A stretch of DNA of 25,543 nucleotides from a virus (taxonomy: Duplodnaviria > Caudoviricetes). Location: the IMG/VR virus record IMGVR_UViG_3300044233_001437, positions 1-25,543 of that record. One strand, written 5' to 3'. The notes under the pieces are model-generated. The model did not search any database, had not been told where the DNA came from, and saw nothing but the letters and a program-made list of their open reading frames with translations. The translations under genes were made by a program, and so were the position numbers. Shown piece after piece: positions 1-7,160 of the stretch. Positions within the stretch are counted from its first letter, which is position 1; the number at the start of each line of letters is the position of its first letter.

Positions 1-1592
1 ATATAAGAATTAACTGATTTACTAGTAAATTGTTTTTCGTACAATTTATTTTGTGCTTTTGTTAAAGAGTCAGCCATAGCTGCACGTGCTTCATAAACTT
101 TTAAAGCACGATCTTGTAGAGCTTTGGTGCTATCAACATCATAATTTTCAGACCTTACCGCTAATTCTAATGCTGTTTGAAATGCAACTTTTTCATCTGC
201 ATTTATTTCATCATTTAGTGCTTTTTCATATTCTAAATATTGGTTAGCTAACTGTCTTGACTGTGCCTTTTCGTGTTGGTCAATAGCTAAAATATCATCG
301 GCAAGAGCATTTGACGATCTACCTAATATATCAAAAAAACCAGCCATACCACCTTGATCTGTTCGTCCAGACATCATTCTCATAGCCCATTTGAACAAAG
401 CAATGTCTCTATAATTATTACCTGTATCTCCTGTCATCTCTTGATATCTTTTTTTGTAGTCTTCAAAAGATTGTCGTTTACTTTCTTTTTCTTTTATTTT
501 TTCTTCATATCTTTTTAACACTTCTTGTGACTTACTGTCATCAAGCTCCTCCTTACTTAGAATAAATGACAGATCTTGTGGATCTAATAATTCTTCATAT
601 GGTTCTTGTGACGTGGCCCCTTTATTCCCTTTAGGGTTTGTTTCTGACATTACAAGTCCTGTAGCGTTTCCGTCTGCGAACTCAGTATCAGCTTGCACTT
701 GGTCTTCTTTAGCTACCACTCCTTTTTGTCCGCTTATTATTTCATCATAGAGTTTAGGATTTTCCATTTGCACACTTAGTTTAGCATCCTCGTCAATACC
801 AATTGTTGGCTCAACATTTTTTTGCACATCTTCTGCAATCTGTTTTTGTGTATCTTTAGGTTCATCTAAGACCTGACTTACAGTTTGAATATCTTCATCC
901 GTTTCTGTGGGCACACTTAAACCTTGTGCAGTTGCTGATCTGCTTGGATCAACATTTCCAACTAAAGTTGCTGCCTCTACAGGATCACCTAATATTGCCT
1001 CTCCAGCAAGTTCTGCTCCAGTAAGACCGGCTACTGTTTTTATTGGATTTTTTGCTAGTGTTTTACCAAGTCTACGACGTGCTCTAACACCTAGTCTACC
1101 TGCTCCCAAAGCTTTAAGGCCACCTCCAACAAAAGGCACACCATATAAACCTTCAAATAAATTACCACCTGCTGATGACAAACCCGATGCTGCTTGATCT
1201 AGATCACCTTTTACTACATCTAGACCTGCTCCAGCTATATCTTCAGCAGCTTGTAAACCTTGTATTCCTGTGTAGCCAAGACTAGCTGCCTCGGTGCCTT
1301 TATAAAGTGGTCTTGCAACTCTTTTACTTGCTTGCATTGCTCTATCAAATCCTGGAATTTGTTGAATCCTTCTTGTAACAGGTCGCATTGCTCCAAGTGC
1401 TTGTTGTCCAGCACCTCTAACTGCTCCAAGTCCTCTTTGTACATATGGTGACACAACTTGTCCAAGTCGTCCAACTTGAGGAGCTAGCATACGAGCACCT
1501 TGGACAAACATACCTAAATATGCTTTAGGTATCTCACCTGTGGCAACCTGTGCTTTTTTTCTAAAAAGAGGTCTGTTTAAAACTTTTTTCAT
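1..1592 (-). CDS. Large putative DNA ejection/internal virion protein (>530 aa, 3' end runs off the window)
   Basis: Not in the ORF track because it is truncated. ATG at 1592 directly follows the TAG of 1593..2666. Hand translation gives MKKVLNRPLFRKKAQVATGEIPKAYLGMFVQGARMLAPQVGRLGQ...ALFKWAMRMMSGRTDQGGMAGFFDILG...KAQNKLYEKQFTSKSVNSY, open in every segment checked down to the window edge. Gly/Ala-rich N-part, charged helical C-part, last gene of the ejection cassette. Confidence 0.8.
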   Translation of the reverse strand, partial: MKKVLNRPLFRKKAQVATGEIPKAYLGMFVQGARMLAPQVGRLGQVVSPYVQRGLGAVRGAGQQALGAMRPVTRRIQQIPGFDRAMQASKRVARPLYKGTEAASLGYTGIQGLQAAEDIAGAGLDVVKGDLDQAASGLSSAGGNLFEGLYGVPFVGGGLKALGAGRLGVRARRRLGKTLAKNPIKTVAGLTGAELAGEAILGDPVEAATLVGNVDPSRSATAQGLSVPTETDEDIQTVSQVLDEPKDTQKQIAEDVQKNVEPTIGIDEDAKLSVQMENPKLYDEIISGQKGVVAKEDQVQADTEFADGNATGLVMSETNPKGNKGATSQEPYEELLDPQDLSFILSKEELDDSKSQEVLKRYEEKIKEKESKRQSFEDYKKRYQEMTGDTGNNYRDIALFKWAMRMMSGRTDQGGMAGFFDILGRSSNALADDILAIDQHEKAQSRQLANQYLEYEKALNDEINADEKVAFQTALELAVRSENYDVDSTKALQDRALKVYEARAAMADSLTKAQNKLYEKQFTSKSVNSY

Positions 1593-2666
1593 CTATTTTG
1601 CTCCGGTAATACCTGTACCCGCTAGAACATCAAAAGCTTTGTATGCACCAACACCTGCTCCTAAAGCTTGAGCAAACGGATTTACACCTGGACCTGTACC
1701 AGCAGTTACTTGTGATGCAGCAGTTGGTAGTGCGGTCATAATACCTTTTTGAAATTCTATTCTCTGAAAAGGCTCATAAGCACGTGCAACATCTGTTTGT
1801 CTTTCTGCTGTAAGTTGTCGCTGAGCAATATCTCTTTGTATTGCACCCGCTTGAGCTAATGATTGAATATCTCTTTGTTGCATTTGTTGAGCTTGAGTGG
1901 CAGCTGTTCCTAAAGCTTGTGCCTGATTAAGTAGAGCCTGTTGTTGAAATTGCTGTTGTTGTTGTGCTGCACCTAAAGCTGATTGAAAACCTTGTGCTCT
2001 TAATTGACCTATTTGACCTAAACGTGCACGTTCAATTTCTGCTCTTTCAACACCTTCTCGTCCACCACCAAAAGCACCACCGGCCACAGCTTGTGCGGCT
2101 CGTTGATTAGCTTGCATAGCTGATTGTCTATTTATCTCATCAATGACATATCGTTCGTATGGATTCATAAAGGCATCTATGTCAGGTGCTTGCATAGCTT
2201 GGGTGCCTGCTTGACCAATAGCTCCAATACCCTGATCAAATAAAGGTAAACCAACTCCCGGTGCTGTCATTGCAAAAGCTTGTTGTTCTAAAGGTGATGG
2301 TCCCGCAGATATGTATTCAGGGACAGCAATCGGTTGTTTTGATAACTCAATGGCCTCATCATATAGAGCTAATTTTCTAGCTTCAATTTCAGGAGCTTCT
2401 CTTGTTATTTGCGTAGTTTTTTCTGGAGCTGCCGCTGGAGCTGGAGCCGGTCCCCCTCCTCCGCCGCCACCAAAATATCCTTTTAAGCCTGTTTCCTCAT
2501 TTACTTTACCTGCACCACCTATACTTTTTAACAAACTTTGTTCAAATTTATTAACGTGAACTAATTCTGTATCTTCTCTCTCACCTTTATCACAAATGTC
2601 ATTATACAATAATTTGTATAACCATACTTTTAATTTTGTAGGTATTAATTTAAGTAGCCATTTCAT
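1593..2666 (-). CDS. Putative DNA ejection (DNA transfer/pilot) protein with N-terminal leader domain
   Basis: Gln/Ala-rich helical protein with FMNPY...GAFGGGR motif and a Gly-rich hydrophobic C-terminus, typical of podovirus ejection proteins. The first 65 aa are paralogous to the N-terminus of 3050..4144. Confidence 0.7.
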   Translation of the reverse strand: MKWLLKLIPTKLKVWLYKLLYNDICDKGEREDTELVHVNKFEQSLLKSIGGAGKVNEETGLKGYFGGGGGGGPAPAPAAAPEKTTQITREAPEIEARKLALYDEAIELSKQPIAVPEYISAGPSPLEQQAFAMTAPGVGLPLFDQGIGAIGQAGTQAMQAPDIDAFMNPYERYVIDEINRQSAMQANQRAAQAVAGGAFGGGREGVERAEIERARLGQIGQLRAQGFQSALGAAQQQQQFQQQALLNQAQALGTAATQAQQMQQRDIQSLAQAGAIQRDIAQRQLTAERQTDVARAYEPFQRIEFQKGIMTALPTAASQVTAGTGPGVNPFAQALGAGVGAYKAFDVLAGTGITGAK

Positions 2667-3072
2667 AAAAATATCCTGTATGTTTAAAGTTTAAACTATT
2701 TTGTTTAATTGCTTTTGCCCAACCTTTTCGTCCAATAATCTCAAGTCCATCACATTCATTTTGTTTTGCATAATTAATAAAAAAACTTTCTATTTTTTTT
2801 AAATGTTTTAATACTTTAGTACCTCCGCAAAAAAGTATACCTAAAACAGTTGCAGCGGGATAAAATACTTTTTGAACAATATATACAGCGGTTATAACTT
2901 TATTAACTGTAATTAAGAACATAGTCATTTTACCCTCACGTAGGAGACGTAGTGTTGATTCTAAAGTATGACGGCCTTTTGATTGTTTAAGAACTGACTG
3001 AATCCAATTTTTAACTTTTTTATCCCAAAACACGTCCACACAGTCTCTATCAATTTGTTTTATTTCCATCAT
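2650..3072 (-). CDS. GNAT-fold acetyltransferase-like protein in ejection cassette
   Basis: 140 aa with ILFCGG...YAKQNECDGLEIIGRKGW, the pattern of the GNAT-like proteins found beside ejection genes in podoviruses; overlaps both neighbours. Confidence 0.55.
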   Translation of the reverse strand: MMEIKQIDRDCVDVFWDKKVKNWIQSVLKQSKGRHTLESTLRLLREGKMTMFLITVNKVITAVYIVQKVFYPAATVLGILFCGGTKVLKHLKKIESFFINYAKQNECDGLEIIGRKGWAKAIKQNSLNFKHTGYFYEMAT

Positions 3073-4144
3073 TAACTATATCGTAAATTCTTTTCAATTG
3101 ATCCTGCTGATTATAAAAAAATGCAGCACCTTTACGTCTCATCTCTTTAAAATCTTTCGGACTAGCTCCTGACATAATACCAGCACCTAATATAGCGTCT
3201 GCACGTGACACAAATTCACCGTCAGCTAATTGCGCTAACATTGTATCTTCATCTTTGTCACCAAGCCCAGAACCATCTTCAACATACCCTGCTGCTCTTA
3301 CATAATTATTCACATCGTTTTCATCGTGTTCCGTTTTACTAGGTAGATAGTTTACACCGCCTTCTCTATATTTGGGTATGGCATTAACTATGCCGCCTTG
3401 TGCAAGTGCATATCGTGGTGACTGAAAATCATATAACGCTTGTTGTTGACCTGCTGGATCAGCAGGAGTATCGTAAGTTGCTCTTTCACCAATACCTTGA
3501 AGATTATCTCTAGCTTTTGAATAAGCTGTTGCATATTGCTCTTCACTGTAAGGTGATAGATCTTCTGCCATTTGTTCTTGTGATTTACCACTTGCAGTAA
3601 GAGAGCTAGCTAATTGACCGCCGGCTGAACCTATTCCTACAGCTTGCATTGTTGTTAGAGGTGCTCTTGCAGTCTCCATTAAAGCTGTGGAGGCAGCACC
3701 TGTTCCACCTGACGCTGATCCAAAACCAAGGTTCAATGCTTGTGCCTGTGTAAGATTTGTTCCTGCTACTGGAGCACTACCGGCAGCGGCTCCTCCAAGA
3801 CTAGAAAAAGCATAACCACCAATACCACCAAATAAAGCACCTAAACCAATTGATTTAAAAACATTACGTGCTGACTCGCCACGTGCTAAAGCAGAAATAC
3901 CACCAATACCAGCACCAATTGCTATTGGCAGCATCAGACCTTGTAAAAAATATTGTCTGAGACCAGTCGCTGTATTAAGAGAATCTGCTCCTCCTAATGA
4001 TTTTAAAAATTGTCTTTGTTGTTTGTTGATAAAAGTGATCTCAGTGTCACCATTAATACCTTTATTTGCGATGTCCTTTTGAAGGATTTTTTTTAACGAA
4101 ACTTTTATTGATTTCGGCAAAAGTTTTAGAAACCATTTTAACAT
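3050..4144 (-). CDS. Putative ejection/internal virion protein with leader domain, Gly-zipper hydrophobic segments and C-terminal xxGG...DT.LAxLxDGEFV domain
   Basis: SD AGGAG upstream. Hydrophobic GxxxG segments (LPIAIGAGIGGISAL, GLGALFGGIGGYAF). C-terminal GSGLGDKDEDTMLAQLADGEFVSRADA resembles the G.GTxTSD.I.A.LSxGEFV motif of tape-measure/ejection proteins. Confidence 0.65.
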   Translation of the reverse strand: MLKWFLKLLPKSIKVSLKKILQKDIANKGINGDTEITFINKQQRQFLKSLGGADSLNTATGLRQYFLQGLMLPIAIGAGIGGISALARGESARNVFKSIGLGALFGGIGGYAFSSLGGAAAGSAPVAGTNLTQAQALNLGFGSASGGTGAASTALMETARAPLTTMQAVGIGSAGGQLASSLTASGKSQEQMAEDLSPYSEEQYATAYSKARDNLQGIGERATYDTPADPAGQQQALYDFQSPRYALAQGGIVNAIPKYREGGVNYLPSKTEHDENDVNNYVRAAGYVEDGSGLGDKDEDTMLAQLADGEFVSRADAILGAGIMSGASPKDFKEMRRKGAAFFYNQQDQLKRIYDIVNDGNKTN

Positions 4145-4152
4145 TCAATACT

Positions 4153-4168
4153 CCTAGTAATTACTAGG
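4153..4168. promoter_or_regulatory. Perfect 16-bp palindrome CCTAGTAATTACTAGG overlapping predicted TSS and SD of the ejection cassette
   Basis: Read directly. On the minus strand the right arm contains the AGG of the AGGAG SD for ATG 4144. Confidence 0.6.
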
Positions 4169-4172
4169 TTTC

Positions 4173-4201
4173 ATTCTACTCTGTTTTAGCTAAGGTTTCA
4201 A
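4173..4201 (-). promoter_or_regulatory. sigma70-like promoter TTGAAA-N17-TAGAAT
   Basis: -35 at 4201-4196, -10 at 4178-4173, 17-nt spacer, upstream of 3050..4144. Confidence 0.6.
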
Positions 4202-5015
4202 CACCGTGGGGCACCATCTCATCAGAAAGTCTGCCTGTATACTGATATTCACCTACGTGTGTTATATAATCACTGATGTAAACAAAACATTTGCCGCCTA
4301 TTTTTTTCCATAATAAGCAAAAAGCAAAATCCTCACCTAGATAGGAACTTGTTTTTGGGTCAAAATGTGTGTCAAAAAAGTTCCAAAAGTGTGGCCTATC
4401 GGCAAATTCACCATTTATTATAGTTTTTTGTTTTATTTTCTTCTCAGGGTATGCTTTTATTAATTTGTTAAATACGTTTCGTTGTATCAACATAAAACCT
4501 GTCGGCATATGATCTGCCTCTATGACACCATCATTTATACGAACCTCATTGTGATCATCGGTCAATCGGACAGGATATGTAAGCGCGGCACTATGTGCTC
4601 TAACCTCATCAATAACCTTACCTTCCTGCACCTTTTTTATTAATTTTTTCATATTAAGTGTTTTCATAGGATAAACCATTGAGATAATCTCTTTTTGTTT
4701 TTCTAATAACGTAAAAACAGATTGTGGTTCAAAAGCAATATCTGAATCTATAAATAATAGATGAGTTGCATCTTTGTTTTCAAGAAAACCACTTACACAA
4801 AGATTACGACCTTGTGTGACTAAAGAAGATTTCATTAGTTGAAAGGTGCACCTCATTTTTCTCTTCCAACATTGTTTTTGTAATTCAAGTAAACTTTGAG
4901 TATAGTGTATGGACACCTCACTGTGTACAGGAGTTGCCACGTGTAAATGAATTCTATCTACAATTTTATCTTCGTGCTCTATCCAGATTGGTTTATTATT
5001 GACCACCAAGCACAC
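4176..5015 (-). CDS. GT-A fold (GT2-like) glycosyltransferase
   Basis: HVATP, SSLVTQGRN, DxD motif HLLFIDSDI, TGFMLI and YLGEDFAFC. The true start may be GTG at 5006. Confidence 0.75.
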   Translation of the reverse strand: MCLVVNNKPIWIEHEDKIVDRIHLHVATPVHSEVSIHYTQSLLELQKQCWKRKMRCTFQLMKSSLVTQGRNLCVSGFLENKDATHLLFIDSDIAFEPQSVFTLLEKQKEIISMVYPMKTLNMKKLIKKVQEGKVIDEVRAHSAALTYPVRLTDDHNEVRINDGVIEADHMPTGFMLIQRNVFNKLIKAYPEKKIKQKTIINGEFADRPHFWNFFDTHFDPKTSSYLGEDFAFCLLWKKIGGKCFVYISDYITHVGEYQYTGRLSDEMVPHGVETLAKTE

Positions 5016-5922
5016 CTTTTAGAAAAAAAGTCCATTCAACTGCTTTTTTGTCCCAAGAATAATAATTTTTTACAAAATCTTGTTGTCTATTCAAGTGTTT
5101 TTGAATGACTGGCTCGTGAAGCGTGCTTAGTGAATCTCTAATGCCGTGTGCAAATACTGCAGCCAATCTTGAAGGATCTTTGTCATACGTTACATAAATT
5201 GGAAACTCGGATCCCGTTTCATACAAAGCACCAAAATTAGTTGTAATACAATATAAACCTGCAGCCATACACTCTAATAATGATATACAAGATGTTTCTT
5301 CCCAAATACTTGGATAAGCATACATATGATAATTAGGTAATTTTTCTAAAATAAAATCATTTGATCTGTATCCAATATAGTTGACGTTAGGTAATTTACG
5401 AGCTTGTTCAAACAAAGGCTCATACTCTGCACGGTTTTTTTCATCAAATTCTTTGCCGTATATTTCTGTGCTTGAGTACACGTCTAATATTATATTATCA
5501 TTTTGTAGATGTTGCATAGCTGCTAAAAGCACATTGAGACCTCGCCAAGGTGTGTTCTGATGAATTACTCGTAGTGTATCTCCAGGTTTGTATACTGTTC
5601 TTTCCGGAAAGTTTGTAACACCATTTTTTATAACGTGACATTTATTTGTTGGTACATCAAACATCATTCTAAATTTTTCATAATTCCAATGTGAGTTAAA
5701 TACATACCAATCATACTTATCGTGATTTCTTTTATCTTTAAACCACGGTGCTATGTTAGGTTGATCATAACTATTTTTTTGCCATAATATATTTATCTTA
5801 TCTTTTGACAGAGGAGTTTTTTCAGGAACTGATGTAGTAATATTAAATTTATCTAATAGTTTGTTATCTACAAACTTTTGTAAAAAACCTAATTGTAACT
5901 CTGTGCCACCAGAAGGGTTCAT
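4996..5922 (-). CDS. GT-B fold (GT4-like) glycosyltransferase
   Basis: N-terminal GGTE, NS.W, PWRGL, and E-x7-E signature YPSIWEETSCISLLECMAAG...TTNFGALYE, followed by YSWD. Confidence 0.85.
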   Translation of the reverse strand: MNPSGGTELQLGFLQKFVDNKLLDKFNITTSVPEKTPLSKDKINILWQKNSYDQPNIAPWFKDKRNHDKYDWYVFNSHWNYEKFRMMFDVPTNKCHVIKNGVTNFPERTVYKPGDTLRVIHQNTPWRGLNVLLAAMQHLQNDNIILDVYSSTEIYGKEFDEKNRAEYEPLFEQARKLPNVNYIGYRSNDFILEKLPNYHMYAYPSIWEETSCISLLECMAAGLYCITTNFGALYETGSEFPIYVTYDKDPSRLAAVFAHGIRDSLSTLHEPVIQKHLNRQQDFVKNYYSWDKKAVEWTFFLKGVLGGQ

Positions 5923-6149
5923 TTTGATTTAATCTCTCCACCATCCTCAGACATTTTCATTAAATCAGGATGATTATTTTTCTCTAAAGACATAATGATA
6001 TCAGTAGCAATTGCTCCTAAATGATTTGCAAAATCTCTCGCACTTGAAGGATCAAAAACAAGTTTTTTCTTTTTATTTAAAATATCTAATTCTTTTTTGT
6101 TAAAATGCATTTCAGCTTCAGCCGTTTTATGATTTATAAGTATTTTCAT
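5919..6149 (-). CDS. Hypothetical protein (76 aa)
   Basis: ATGA-coupled to both neighbours. Confidence 0.65.
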   Translation of the reverse strand: MKILINHKTAEAEMHFNKKELDILNKKKKLVFDPSSARDFANHLGAIATDIIMSLEKNNHPDLMKMSEDGGEIKSK

Positions 6150-6331
6150 TGACTATCGCCAAATAAATCAAAACCAGGGACTATAACATTTGTATCAATT
6201 ACAATGTCGTCCTTAACTGTGTCTGTGTTTGGATCCTCTACGTCAGCTAGTGCGTGAGCTTCATTTAGATATTGTTGGTGAGTTTTTTTATTTCTAAATG
6301 TTTGCTTAGTTTCACATTTAATTGTTTTCAT
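6146..6331 (-). CDS. Hypothetical phage protein (61 aa)
   Basis: ATG at 6331 (MKTIKCETK...) preferred over the TTG at 6346; stop overlaps the next start. Confidence 0.65.
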   Translation of the reverse strand: MKTIKCETKQTFRNKKTHQQYLNEAHALADVEDPNTDTVKDDIVIDTNVIVPGFDLFGDSQ

Positions 6332-6371
6332 ATTTATTTTTAACAATTAAAAAAATACAAAGCAAGTAAAA

Positions 6372-6713
6372 TTATCCGTTTTCTTGTGATCTATCAATTA
6401 AAGCATATGACACAATACCCTGTATTTCATTTGCGGTACCTGCAGTGAGTTTAAGTATATCTCCCTCTTCTAAAACTAAGGTTTCAGATATAATCTGCCT
6501 TGTGGTGTTAGCCGCTATTGATGCATTATCTATTCGAAATGTTGCTCCTGCACTTGTATCAGTTACTTGTGTAGCTAAATTCACTGCACCTGACGAGCCG
6601 TTGTGAGCTTGTATTTGTTTAATTAAACATCTCCCAGTTGTTGGCGCAGTCAACACTGATGTCGTTCCTGTAGTCGTTAAATTAAATCCTGCATTTTTAT
6701 AACGTACTGTCAT
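6372..6713 (-). CDS. Putative small beta-rich virion protein
   Basis: ATG at 6713 overlaps the TGA of 6710..6874. MTVRYKNAGF...LVLEEGDILK...SYALIDRSQENG is Thr-rich with a beta-sandwich-like pattern. Confidence 0.7.
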   Translation of the reverse strand: MTVRYKNAGFNLTTTGTTSVLTAPTTGRCLIKQIQAHNGSSGAVNLATQVTDTSAGATFRIDNASIAANTTRQIISETLVLEEGDILKLTAGTANEIQGIVSYALIDRSQENG

Positions 6714-6874
6714 TGTAAAAACCAATTAAAAGCATCTTGTTCATTCTTAAGATCAATTTGATAAGACGTGTTCAGTTGTGTTACAAGTGTATCCAAACCA
6801 TATTTTGTTTGTCGTTGATTATCAACAATGTATTCTGCATTAGGTTCAGGTATTATTATATTAATTTTAGCCAA
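6710..6874 (-). CDS. Small tail-associated protein, 54 aa, TTG start (not in ORF track)
   Basis: Hand translation MAKINIIIPEPNAEYIVDNQRQTKYGLDTLVTQLNTSYQIDLKNEQDAFNWFLQ. SD-like GAGGGAG upstream; fills the gap exactly and ends in an ATGA overlap. Confidence 0.75.
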   Translation of the reverse strand: MAKINIIIPEPNAEYIVDNQRQTKYGLDTLVTQLNTSYQIDLKNEQDAFNWFLQ

Positions 6875-7160
6875 CTTTTTTTCTCCCTCGCTTTAAAGAC
6901 TCTTTTGCTTTTTTTGCAATACTTACAACTTGTGTTTTTCCCATCACCTTTGCACGTTGTTCCATAACTGTTAGTATTTGTATTTTACGTGCATAAGGTT
7001 TATTAATTTTTCTTACTTTAGCAACCGTATTACGAGCATCTGTGGGTGTAGCAAATTTAATTCGTACAGTATCTTTAGGGTTCTCATCAGTATAAAGTCT
7101 ACGATCACTACCCTTTGGTTTTTTACCAGTTCCTACTTTGGGATCTTTTTTCTTTACCAT
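6867..7160 (-). CDS. Highly basic hypothetical protein (LYTDENPKDT motif)
   Basis: 97 aa, K/R-rich, TAATG-coupled to the tail hub gene. Confidence 0.7.
   Translation of the reverse strand: MVKKKDPKVGTGKKPKGSDRRLYTDENPKDTVRIKFATPTDARNTVAKVRKINKPYARKIQILTVMEQRAKVMGKTQVVSIAKKAKESLKRGRKKVG

Noticed and set aside
6332-6371. Promoter TTGCTT-N17-TAAAAA before 6146..6331
   Set aside because: The -10 lacks the conserved final T, and the region is AT-rich enough for a chance match.
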